Assembly: GCA_023488435.1 (NCBI GenBank)
Contig: JAMDCK010000022.1
Coordinates: forward strand, 23,551 to 87,550
Direction of reading: 5' to 3'
Origin: Actinomycetota bacterium
GTDB lineage: Bacteria; Actinomycetota; Coriobacteriia; Anaerosomatales; UBA912
Length of the DNA: 64,000 bases
Shown: positions 38,350-46,862 of the stretch, piece by piece
Layout of the letters: every line of letters starts with the position of its first letter
Numbering within the stretch: the stretch's first letter is position 1
The notes under the pieces: model-generated
The model's database searches: none
Told to the model about the DNA's origin: nothing
Seen by the model: only the letters and a program-made list of their open reading frames with translations
Program-made: the position numbers and the translations under genes

Positions 38350-39482
38350 CCTTGCGACCCTCCGTCCTGGATCGCTTTGCACTAGCGAGCAGCTCGCTCG
38401 CGTGTGCGAGTCCGGTCTCGCTGGAACCCCCCGAAAGCATCCTCGCCACTTCGGCGATTCGGGCTTCATCGGCGACGTGATCGACCTGCGTGCGCACTCC
38501 GTCAGAGTCGACAGACTTGGTGACAACCAGATGCCGGTCAGCGAATGCCGCCACCTGGGCAAGGTGCGTGACGACCAAAACCTGATGCTTTTCGGCCAAC
38601 AGGCTCAAGCGTCGGCCGATTGCGGTGGCCGTGGCGCCTCCGATTCCGGCATCAACCTCGTCAAAGACGAGGTCGATGCCGGTTTCCGGAACAGCAATCG
38701 CTCCGGTCAACAGCTCCTTCTCGTTCTCAAGGTAGTCCAAGGTGTTCCTGACGAAACTATCGAGTTGCGCTCCCATCTCACTGTCGGCTTCAAGCATTGA
38801 GGACTCGATGGATTCAACTGTCAGCCACTGTCCAGAAGCTATGAGTTCGCCTTCAAGGAACACATCGTGCCCGATGATGTTTATGGCCGCTCCATCTTGG
38901 ATGCGCTCGAAGACGGCGGGCCCGACGTCATCAAGGATGTGAACCCCACCTCTGGCCAAAAGGATCGGGCCGGTGTTCGGATATGCGCCCGAAATGGAGC
39001 GAGAGGCATTGATGACGCACTCAACGCCGACTCCGAGAAGACCTTCTGCGCTGACCTTGTCGATGTCCTGGTGGTCGATGATGGCGATATCATCGCTGCT
39101 CAAGCGCTTGACGAGGTCCTTGGTGCGACTATCGATCCTAGCGGTTCCCGACAAGCGCATCCTTGCGACCCTCCGTCCTGGATCGCTTTGCACTAGCGAG
39201 CAGCTCGCTCGCGTGTGCGAGTCCGGTCTCGCTGGAACCCCCCGAAAGCATCCTCGCCACTTCGGCGATTCGGGCTTCATCGGCGACGTGATCGACCTGC
39301 GTGCGCACTCCGTCAGAGTCGACAGACTTGGTGACAACCAGATGCCGGTCAGCGAATGCCGCCACCTGGGCAAGGTGCGTGACGACCAAAACCTGATGCT
39401 TTTCGGCCAACAGGCTCAAGCGTCGGCCGATTGCGGTGGCCGTGGCGCCTCCGATTCCGGCATCAACCTCGTCAAAGACGAG
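37861..39482. repeat. Perfect head-to-tail tandem duplication, 2 x 811 bp (37861-38671 and 38672-39482)
   Basis: The two units read identically base for base. Identical track ORFs are offset by exactly 811 (37931-38131/38742-38942, 38056-38385/38867-39196, 38070-38282/38881-39093). The flanks diverge at once (37860 a vs 38671 g; 38672 g vs 39483 a). Confidence 0.95.
38327..39160 (-). CDS. Chimeric ORF created by the 811-bp duplication: SteA residues 1-163 fused in frame to RecN residues 441-554
   Basis: 277 codons. The junction at 38672/38671 reads ...AIAVPETGID|LVFDEVDAGIGG... and falls exactly on codon boundaries of both parents. It carries the native steA translation start region (copy at 39160). 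Expression is unknown. Confidence 0.6.
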   Translation of the reverse strand: MRLSGTARIDSRTKDLVKRLSSDDIAIIDHQDIDKVSAEGLLGVGVECVINASRSISGAYPNTGPILLARGGVHILDDVGPAVFERIQDGAAINIIGHDVFLEGELIASGQWLTVESIESSMLEADSEMGAQLDSFVRNTLDYLENEKELLTGAIAVPETGIDLVFDEVDAGIGGATATAIGRRLSLLAEKHQVLVVTHLAQVAAFADRHLVVTKSVDSDGVRTQVDHVADEARIAEVARMLSGGSSETGLAHASELLASAKRSRTEGRKDALVGNR

Positions 39483-40802
39483 AACCGGGACAGGATCCGC
39501 GCCGCTGAGCACGCTTTTCAAAGCGAGCATGACGCGCGATAGCTCGCCGCCGGATGCGATCTTGGCGAAAGGGCGATATGGCTGTTCTGGACCGGGAGCG
39601 TAGGTGAATTCAACGCGATGAGGACCATCGTTGCTCCACGCATCGAGTTCAAGGGGCTCCATCGAGACCTCGAATCTTGCCCCGTCCATCGACAGGTCAG
39701 CGACCGCATCATGCAATCTGCTGACGAAACCCGGAATCGCAGCGGACCTGATCGAGGCCAGAGTCTCCGCCACAACCTGGTAATCGGCGACAGCGGCCTC
39801 CACTCTGGATGAGGCTCCAGCGATGCTGTGGTCCGCATCCTCTAACAGCGCAAGGCGCGCGACCGCATCGGCCCGGCACTGCAAGACCTCTTCGATGGTC
39901 ACACCGTACTTCTTCTTGAGCAGGGTCAGGGTAGCAAGTCGGTCGTGCCCGAACTCGAGCTGATCGGTATCGTGCTCCAAACTCTCGCCGTACTCACGCA
40001 GCTCCCCCGCGATGTCATCGAGCCCGCCGAGGAGAACCTCTAGGCGACCTCGGAATGCCTCTACCGCGGGATCGAGCGAGGCAACTCGCGTGAGTGCCAC
40101 GAGGGCTCGGCTAGCGCCTTCAGTGGCGCCGTCCTCGTCCCTCAGGGACCCGAATGCCTCGGCGGTGGCTTCCGTCAGCCTGCCGCTGTGCTGCAAGATG
40201 GCCACACGTGCTGCGATCTCCTCGTCCTCCCCCATCGCAGGGGCGACCGAGTCGATGTCGGCAATCAAAGACGTCAGCTCCTCAGCCTCACGCTGAAGAT
40301 CCCCGATCGTCGCCTGAAGTTTCGCAAGAGCCTCGGTGGCAGCGAAGAACTCTGTGCGAGCCGCAGAATACGTCTCCCTAGCCGCCCGTGCGGTCGTGCC
40401 AATGTAGCCGTCAAGGTAAGAGACGTGGTTTGCGGGTCGCAACAACGATTGATGGTCATGTTGGCCGTGAAGATCTACCAGAGGGGCGAGCCCTCCCGCC
40501 AGCGCCGAAACCGATGACATTTCCCCGTCGACAACACAACGGGAGCGTCCATCGACTCCCACTCTCCGCTTGACGAGGATCTCGCGGGCTTCATGCTCGA
40601 ACACGCCCTCTACCAGAGCTTCCGTAGCACCGGCTCGGACCATTCTCGAATCCGACCGGCCGCCTAACAACAACTTCAGGGCTACCACGAGTGCGGTCTT
40701 TCCTGCGCCCGTCTCTCCAGAGATGACGTTCAAACCAGGCTCGAACTCCAGCCAGGCCTCATCGATCAAAGCAAGATCGCGAACGTGCAACTCGCGAAGC
40801 AC
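39138..40802 (-). CDS. recN: DNA repair protein RecN (SMC-like ATPase), intact
   Basis: Walker A GETGAGKT, long coiled coil, signature SGGELSR, Walker B LVFDEVDAG. 554 aa. Confidence 0.95.
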   Translation of the reverse strand: MLRELHVRDLALIDEAWLEFEPGLNVISGETGAGKTALVVALKLLLGGRSDSRMVRAGATEALVEGVFEHEAREILVKRRVGVDGRSRCVVDGEMSSVSALAGGLAPLVDLHGQHDHQSLLRPANHVSYLDGYIGTTARAARETYSAARTEFFAATEALAKLQATIGDLQREAEELTSLIADIDSVAPAMGEDEEIAARVAILQHSGRLTEATAEAFGSLRDEDGATEGASRALVALTRVASLDPAVEAFRGRLEVLLGGLDDIAGELREYGESLEHDTDQLEFGHDRLATLTLLKKKYGVTIEEVLQCRADAVARLALLEDADHSIAGASSRVEAAVADYQVVAETLASIRSAAIPGFVSRLHDAVADLSMDGARFEVSMEPLELDAWSNDGPHRVEFTYAPGPEQPYRPFAKIASGGELSRVMLALKSVLSGADPVPVLVFDEVDAGIGGATATAIGRRLSLLAEKHQVLVVTHLAQVAAFADRHLVVTKSVDSDGVRTQVDHVADEARIAEVARMLSGGSSETGLAHASELLASAKRSRTEGRKDALVGNR

Positions 40803-40803
40803 C

Positions 40804-41661
40804 CTACCTCCTCAAGAATTCATCGCGTACGACTTCGAAGAAGTCCCGACCCTGCAACTTCAGGAGCAAGACCTCGTGAGAAGCGGGCCCGATCTCGACC
40901 TTGTCGATGGCGCTTCGGCAGGGCATCATCACGCCGTCGACGTACAGACAGGCATCTCGCCTGGCCGGATTAGGGAACCGCAACTCCACGCGATCGCTCA
41001 TAGAAAGCACCATTGCACGTTGGATCAGGGTATGTGGAGCAACTGGGATCACGATCTGACACTGCACATCGGGCGAAACGATCGGCCCTCCCGCGGAAAG
41101 CGCATACGCCGTCGAACCGGTCGAAGTCGCGATGATCACTCCGTCGCAAGTGAAAGTCGCCATGTTCATCCCATTGATATCCAGCGCGACCTCGATCACC
41201 CGCCCGGAGCCCGAGCGACCCACGAAGACCTCGTTGAGCGCCCTGTATCGGCCTCCTACCCGCCCATCCATCGTCACTTCGGCCGCAAGTGTGGTGCGCC
41301 GCTCTAAGCGCCCTTCGCCGGCCAACGCCGAAGCAACGACTTCGGTCAGTCGCTTTGCCGAAGCTCCGGTCATGAATCCCAGCCGGCCCAGGTTTATGCC
41401 GAGTATCGGAACCTCGACATCGCCAAGGATGTGCACCGCCTTCAAGATGGTGCCGTCGCCGCCCAGCGCCACCGCGAGTATCGGCGAGCCGATCTCCGAA
41501 GGCGACACACCATACGACCCGACGCCCATCTCGGCAGCGTCATCGAGCGTCAGGACCGGGTCAAAGCCGCCTTCATCAAGCCAAGCGATGAGCTCGGCAA
41601 CCGCCGAGGAGCTCGCCTGCTTCGCTGTATTCGGAACCAGTAACACTCGCACCGGCATCAT
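40804..41661 (-). CDS. nadK: NAD kinase
   Basis: GGDGT motif (LGGDGTILK) and NEVFV. Start refined to the ATG at 41661, overlapping the tlyA stop (ATGA). Confidence 0.9.
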   Translation of the reverse strand: MMPVRVLLVPNTAKQASSSAVAELIAWLDEGGFDPVLTLDDAAEMGVGSYGVSPSEIGSPILAVALGGDGTILKAVHILGDVEVPILGINLGRLGFMTGASAKRLTEVVASALAGEGRLERRTTLAAEVTMDGRVGGRYRALNEVFVGRSGSGRVIEVALDINGMNMATFTCDGVIIATSTGSTAYALSAGGPIVSPDVQCQIVIPVAPHTLIQRAMVLSMSDRVELRFPNPARRDACLYVDGVMMPCRSAIDKVEIGPASHEVLLLKLQGRDFFEVVRDEFLRR

Positions 41662-42458
41662 GCCCCTAACGTCTTGTGTGCATCGGCGACCGTAGTCTCG
41701 ATATCGATGCCCGATTCGCCACAAGGCCCCTTGTTCGAGGCCCACAACCAATACTCAATGTTACCCTCTGGGCCCTTGATAGGCGAATTGCAGATTCCGG
41801 CAACGCGCAAGCCAAGCCCACAGACGTGCTCCGACACCTTGTGCAGGACTTCGACGTGTAGCGCAGGATCTTTCACCACACCCTTTTTTCCCACACGGCC
41901 CTTACCAACTTCGAACTGAGGCTTAGCCAAAGCCAAAAGATGCGCGTCCGGAGTAAGCATCGAGACCACCGGAGCGGCCACCAGCGTCAGGCTGATGAAG
42001 GACACATCGATGACAGCCAGCTCGAAAGGCCCACCCAAAACGGCGGGGTCCACATGCCGGATATTCGTCCGCTCAAAGACACTCACCCGTGGATCGTTGC
42101 GCAAACTCCACGCAAGCTGACCGTACCCGACATCCACAGCAGCAACGTTCGTCGCCCCACGCTGCAGCAAGCAATCGGTAAATCCCCCCGTCGAAGCACC
42201 CACATCGATCGCACGGCGTCCTGCGACATCCACACCGAAAGTCTCGAGCGCCCCTTTGAGCTTCAAGCCACCGCGGGACACGAACTCCAACGCCGATGAG
42301 ACCTCTAGCACGGCTCCCTCATCGACCTGGTGGCCGGGCTTGTGCACCACCACCGAATCGGCCTTCACTGTTCCGGCCAACACTGCTGCCTGGGCCTTCT
42401 CTCGGGACTCGAAAAGCCCCCGATCAACGAGTGCGATGTCGATCCGCTGGCGCGCCAT
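41658..42458 (-). CDS. tlyA: TlyA family rRNA 2'-O-methyltransferase (hemolysin A-like)
   Basis: S4 domain at the N-terminus (MARQRIDIALVDRGLFESREKAQ), FtsJ-like SAM motif DVGASTGGFTD. Start refined to 42458. Confidence 0.9.
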   Translation of the reverse strand: MARQRIDIALVDRGLFESREKAQAAVLAGTVKADSVVVHKPGHQVDEGAVLEVSSALEFVSRGGLKLKGALETFGVDVAGRRAIDVGASTGGFTDCLLQRGATNVAAVDVGYGQLAWSLRNDPRVSVFERTNIRHVDPAVLGGPFELAVIDVSFISLTLVAAPVVSMLTPDAHLLALAKPQFEVGKGRVGKKGVVKDPALHVEVLHKVSEHVCGLGLRVAGICNSPIKGPEGNIEYWLWASNKGPCGESGIDIETTVADAHKTLGA

Positions 42459-44370
42459 CTTCCTGTCTCTCCATAGTGTCGACGCCTGGCATGCCGAGAA
42501 GCCGCCCGAGTACCGCGCCTCGCACACCTTCGGGCGTAAGGCCGATCTCTTCAAGCAGCTTGTTCGTCGATCCGTGGGTGACGAAGCAGTCCGGAATCGC
42601 CATTCTCAGGACCGGGGTCTCAATCCCTAAGTCGGCGAGCGTTTCGAGAACGGCGGCCCCGAAGCCACCCGCTCCCGTATTCTCCTCGACAGTCACCACC
42701 AGCCTGTGACTCAAGGCAGCCTTGGAGATCGCGACGATATCGAGGGGCTTGAGCCACCTCATGTCCACGACGGTCGCCGAGACCCCGTCTGATGCGAGCA
42801 GCTCAGCGGCCTTCTCGGCGGTCTGGGTCATCCTGCCGATCGCGAGAATCGCGACATCGGTGCCTTCACGCACCGGCCTGGACTCGCCGGCAGGCAGCTC
42901 GACTGGGGTAGCTGGAATCGCCTCGCCGATGCCGAACCCGCGCGGGTATCTGATCGCGACCGGTCCATCGGCGGCAAGCGCTGTGCGAAGGGCGCTCGTG
43001 AGCTCGGCCTCGTTGGAGGGCGCGAGGATCATCAGGTTCGGGATCGACCGTAGGTAGGTGAGATCGAACACGCCATGGTGTGTGGGGCCGTCCTCGCCGA
43101 CAAGCCCGGCGCGATCGACGCAGAAGGTCACCGGCAGGTTCTGCAGCGCGACATCCATCATGAGCTGGTCGTAAGCGCGCTGCAGGAAGGTCGAGTAGAT
43201 GGCGACCACCGGCCGCAAGCCGCCCAGCGCAAGTCCCGCGGCCAATGCGACCGCGTGTTGCTCGGCGATACCGACATCGAAGAACCGCTCAGGGAATCGC
43301 TCGGCAAAAGTGTCGAGGCCGGTTCCGGCGGGCATGGCGGCCGTGATCGCAACGATGCGCTCGTCACGCTCAGCCTCGGCCACGAGCGATCTGCCGAAAA
43401 CCTCGGTGTACGAAAGCAGCCCGTTCTTCTTCGAGGAGGTCTTGCCAGTAGCCACCGAGAACGGGCCGACACCGTGGAACTCGTCGGGTTTGTCCTCTGC
43501 GTGCTCGTATCCTGCCCCTTTGCGCGTGACGCAGTGGATGATGACAGGGCCGTCAACGAGCTTCGCCCTCTCCATCGCCGAGGAAACCGCTTCGATGTTG
43601 TGGCCATCGATGGGGCCGACGTACTTGAGGCCCAGCTCCTCAAAGAGCATCCCCGGGACCACCAGCTGCTTGAAGGACTCCTTCGCTGCCTCACCGGCGG
43701 CGACCATGACCGCGCCCAGGCGGGTCCTTGCCAGCGCTGACTCGACGTCATCGCGGAGGCGATTGTAGCGCGGGTCGAGGCGGACCTTGGCCAGGTAGCT
43801 GGCGAGCGCACCGACGTTCTGCGCGATCGACATCTCGTTGTCGTTCAGCACGATCACGAGCGGCGTTCCGATATGCCCGACGTGATTCATCGCCTCGAAG
43901 GCCATGCCTCCCGTAAGCGAGCCATCCCCGATGACCGCGACGACCGTCTCGTCCCTCCCGGCTGCGTCGCGCGCCAGCGCGAGCCCGTGCGCAACAGACA
44001 GCGAATCCGAGGCGTGCCCAGTGTCGAAGGCGTCGTACTCGCTTTCGGAACGCTTCGGAAAGCCGCACAGGCCGCCGTACTGCCTCAAAGTGCCGAAGCG
44101 GTCCCTTCGGCCGGTAAGAAGTTTGTGGACGTAGGATTGGTGCCCCACATCCCAGATGATCTTGTCCTTGGGGCACTCCAGCGCCAGATGGATACCGATC
44201 GTGAGCTCGACCACTCCCAGATTGGGAGCCAGATGACCGCCGGTTTTCGCGACCGTGGCGATGAGCTCTTCGCGGATTTCAGCAGCCAGGGTTTGAAGCT
44301 GAGCCGCCGAAAGGCCGCCAAGCCCACAAGGCGACTCGATGGTGTCCAGTATGCGTTCAGTAGTCAACCG
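42424..44370 (-). CDS. dxs: 1-deoxy-D-xylulose-5-phosphate synthase
   Basis: GGHLAPNLG, DVGHQSY and GDG...GMAFEAMN TPP motifs. Proposed TTG start at 44370 with GAGGA 7 nt upstream ((M)TTERILDTIESP...). The track ORF's first 45 aa overlap xseB. Confidence 0.92.
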   Translation of the reverse strand, partial: RLTTERILDTIESPCGLGGLSAAQLQTLAAEIREELIATVAKTGGHLAPNLGVVELTIGIHLALECPKDKIIWDVGHQSYVHKLLTGRRDRFGTLRQYGGLCGFPKRSESEYDAFDTGHASDSLSVAHGLALARDAAGRDETVVAVIGDGSLTGGMAFEAMNHVGHIGTPLVIVLNDNEMSIAQNVGALASYLAKVRLDPRYNRLRDDVESALARTRLGAVMVAAGEAAKESFKQLVVPGMLFEELGLKYVGPIDGHNIEAVSSAMERAKLVDGPVIIHCVTRKGAGYEHAEDKPDEFHGVGPFSVATGKTSSKKNGLLSYTEVFGRSLVAEAERDERIVAITAAMPAGTGLDTFAERFPERFFDVGIAEQHAVALAAGLALGGLRPVVAIYSTFLQRAYDQLMMDVALQNLPVTFCVDRAGLVGEDGPTHHGVFDLTYLRSIPNLMILAPSNEAELTSALRTALAADGPVAIRYPRGFGIGEAIPATPVELPAGESRPVREGTDVAILAIGRMTQTAEKAAELLASDGVSATVVDMRWLKPLDIVAISKAALSHRLVVTVEENTGAGGFGAAVLETLADLGIETPVLRMAIPDCFVTHGSTNKLLEEIGLTPEGVRGAVLGRLLGMPGVDTMERQEDGAPADRHRTR

Positions 44371-44377
44371 GGCATCC

Positions 44378-44680
44378 TCACCGCTCAAGAGAGTCGGAAC
44401 CCTCCACGCTCTCGCTGTGTGCCTTGCTCGCGCCCTCGGCGCGGTCATCGCTCGCATTACCGTCGGGCGTTTCGGACTCGACCTCGCCGTCAGCTGGACC
44501 CTCAAGGGCCTGCCTCAGATCCGTCTGGTCGGAAAGCTCGGTGCAGATGTTGGCTAGCCGAATCCCCTCCTCAAGCAGGTCCAAGCTCTGCTCCAGGGAG
44601 ACATCCTTCTTGCGAACCTGCGTGACGATCTCCTCGAGACGCTCGCGCGCCATCGTGAATGAGTAGCGCTCATCGGACAT
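44378..44680 (-). CDS. xseB: Exodeoxyribonuclease VII small subunit with long acidic C-terminal extension
   Basis: SFTMARERLEEIVTQVRKKDVSLEQSLDLLEEGIRLANICTELS matches the XseB helix-hairpin pattern. 100 aa. Confidence 0.85.
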   Translation of the reverse strand: MSDERYSFTMARERLEEIVTQVRKKDVSLEQSLDLLEEGIRLANICTELSDQTDLRQALEGPADGEVESETPDGNASDDRAEGASKAHSESVEGSDSLER

Positions 44681-45110
44681 CCTCGGGCCTCCAACCTTCC
44701 TTCATCCGCGCCGCCGAATCAGCCAACCTGCCGAGAACCCCGTTGACGAACTTCGAGGAGTCCTCTCCCCCGTAGAGCTTAGCGAGCTCGACGGCCTCGT
44801 TGATCGATACCGACACCGGGACGTCATCCGCGTACACGATCTCGTAAGCGGCGATGCGCAGGATATTACGGTCGACAAGCGGCATGCGGGCGACCGTCCA
44901 GTGCTCGGAGATGCGGCCCAGAAGGTCGTCGATCCCGCTCTGGTGTTGCTCCACGCCCTGTGACAGCTCAAGACCGAACGGAAGCAGCTCTCCCTCTTCG
45001 CGGCTGTAAGAGCCATCGCGCATGATATGCTCCACGCTCTCACCAGTGATTTCTCGCTGGTAGAGGATGTGAAGGGCCTGCTTCCTGGCCTTGGATCGCT
45101 CTATCATCAT
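44670..45110 (-). CDS. nusB: Transcription antitermination factor NusB
   Basis: Start refined to the ATG at 45110 (MMIERSKARKQALHILYQ...). DRNILRIAAYEI motif. Confidence 0.9.
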   Translation of the reverse strand: MMIERSKARKQALHILYQREITGESVEHIMRDGSYSREEGELLPFGLELSQGVEQHQSGIDDLLGRISEHWTVARMPLVDRNILRIAAYEIVYADDVPVSVSINEAVELAKLYGGEDSSKFVNGVLGRLADSAARMKEGWRPEDVR

Positions 45111-45135
45111 TCGGCAAACACCCGCCCGATAAACC

Positions 45136-45489
45136 TCATGCAGGAAAATCGATGCCGTCGATATAGACGTCGACAGCATCGGTCTTCAGGCCGACTTGGC
45201 TAGCCAGCGCATCGGCGATCGCTTCCTGCGTCCGTTGGGCGACTTCCCTGAGCGGGTGGCCGTACAGGGCTCGCACGTGGATAGCAACGTTGACTTCCGA
45301 GGAATCGCCCAGGCTGACCTCGACGCATCGACCGGGACCCATGCTACTCGACTTGCGGACCATTCCTGCAAGCCCCGGATAGCAAACCTGGGCCACGCCA
45401 TCGACACTCTCGGCGGCCAAGGTCACAATCGTTTCAAGGACGCCGGGCGCTATGGCCAGTCCTTCGATCTTTATCTCTTCAGACATCAT
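45136..45489 (-). CDS. Asp23/Gls24 family envelope stress protein
   Basis: 117 aa. IAPGVLETIVTLAAESVDGV... is typical of Asp23. Lies between accC and nusB, as does Bacillus yqhY. Confidence 0.85.
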   Translation of the reverse strand: MMSEEIKIEGLAIAPGVLETIVTLAAESVDGVAQVCYPGLAGMVRKSSSMGPGRCVEVSLGDSSEVNVAIHVRALYGHPLREVAQRTQEAIADALASQVGLKTDAVDVYIDGIDFPA

Positions 45490-45512
45490 ATAACCCCGCA
45501 GACTTCTCGGTT

Positions 45513-46862
45513 TCAGCTCGACGACATGTGACGGTCGACGAAATCAGTATAGACCTCACCGGCCTGGAATGCAGGATTCTCGACGACTCGTTGATGAAAT
45601 GCAACTGTCGTGGGTATCCCGACCACGATGAACTCATCGAGGGCGCGCTTCGCTCGCGCTAGGGCCTCATCGCGATTCTCGCCCCACACGATCAGTTTTG
45701 CAAGCAAGGAGTCGTAGTTGGGCGGCACTCGATAACCTGAGTATAGGTGGCTATCGATCCGCACGCCGAACCCTCCAGGCGGATTGAAGACCTTCACCTC
45801 TCCGGGACCCGGGCGGAAGTCGTGCTCGGGATCCTCGGCGTTTATGCGGAACTCGATTGCGTGGCCCCGAATCTGGATGTCGCTCTGCTCGGTGTGGCGC
45901 ATCGGTAGGCCGGCAGCGATCCTGAGCTGCTCTTTGATGATGTCGACTCCGGTGATCTGCTCGGTGACCGGGTGCTCGACCTGGACCCGGGTGTTCATCT
46001 CCATGAAGTAGAAGCTGCCATCGATATCGAGCAGGAACTCGACGGTTCCGGCGTTGCGGTAGTCAACAGCACGCACGAGACTCAGGGCCGCTTCGCCCAT
46101 GCGTTCGCGCAGCTCAGGGGTGAGCGCAGGCGACGGTGCCTCCTCGATGAGCTTCTGATGGCGCCGCTGCACCGAGCAATCACGCTCGTAGAGGTGAACC
46201 GCGTTGCCATGGGAATCCGCCAACACCTGGAACTCTATATGCCGAGGACGCGACAGGTACTTCTCGATGTACACGCCATCGTTGCCGAAGGCGGCGCCTG
46301 CCTCGTTGCGAGCCGCGACGAATGCCGTTTCGAGCTCCTCGGCGCTGGTCACGACCCTCATGCCCTTGCCGCCACCACCAGCAGAAGCCTTGATGATCAC
46401 CGGGAAGCCCACACGCTGGGCGAATGCCAGGGCGTCCTCAGCGCGCTCGACCTCACCATCGCTTCCGGGGACGCAAGGCACGCCTGCAGCCATCGCGGTC
46501 GAGCGCGCGACCGCCTTGTCGCCCATCTTCTCGATGGCTTCGGCGGACGGGCCTACGAACACCAGGCCGGACTCTTCGACAGCGCGCGCAAAAGCCGCGT
46601 TCTCGGCGAGAAAACCGTATCCGGGATGGATCGCCTTGGCGCCACTCATCAGCGCCGCCGAGATGACGTTCGCCATGTTGAGATAGCTCTTCGTCGAGAT
46701 GGCCGGCCCGATACACACCGATTGATCGGCCATACGGGCGTGCAGGCTGTCGCGGTCGGCCTCGCTGTAGACGGCGACCGTTTCTATCCCCATCTCCTTG
46801 CAGGCCCGAATCACCCTCAGGGCGACTTCGCCCCTATTCGCCACGAGGACTCTGTCGAACAT
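45513..46862 (-). CDS. accC: Biotin carboxylase (AccC / pyruvate carboxylase subunit A type)
   Basis: MFDRVLVANRGEVALRVIRACKEMGI N-terminus, ATP-grasp domain, 449 aa. Confidence 0.93.
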   Translation of the reverse strand: MFDRVLVANRGEVALRVIRACKEMGIETVAVYSEADRDSLHARMADQSVCIGPAISTKSYLNMANVISAALMSGAKAIHPGYGFLAENAAFARAVEESGLVFVGPSAEAIEKMGDKAVARSTAMAAGVPCVPGSDGEVERAEDALAFAQRVGFPVIIKASAGGGGKGMRVVTSAEELETAFVAARNEAGAAFGNDGVYIEKYLSRPRHIEFQVLADSHGNAVHLYERDCSVQRRHQKLIEEAPSPALTPELRERMGEAALSLVRAVDYRNAGTVEFLLDIDGSFYFMEMNTRVQVEHPVTEQITGVDIIKEQLRIAAGLPMRHTEQSDIQIRGHAIEFRINAEDPEHDFRPGPGEVKVFNPPGGFGVRIDSHLYSGYRVPPNYDSLLAKLIVWGENRDEALARAKRALDEFIVVGIPTTVAFHQRVVENPAFQAGEVYTDFVDRHMSSS

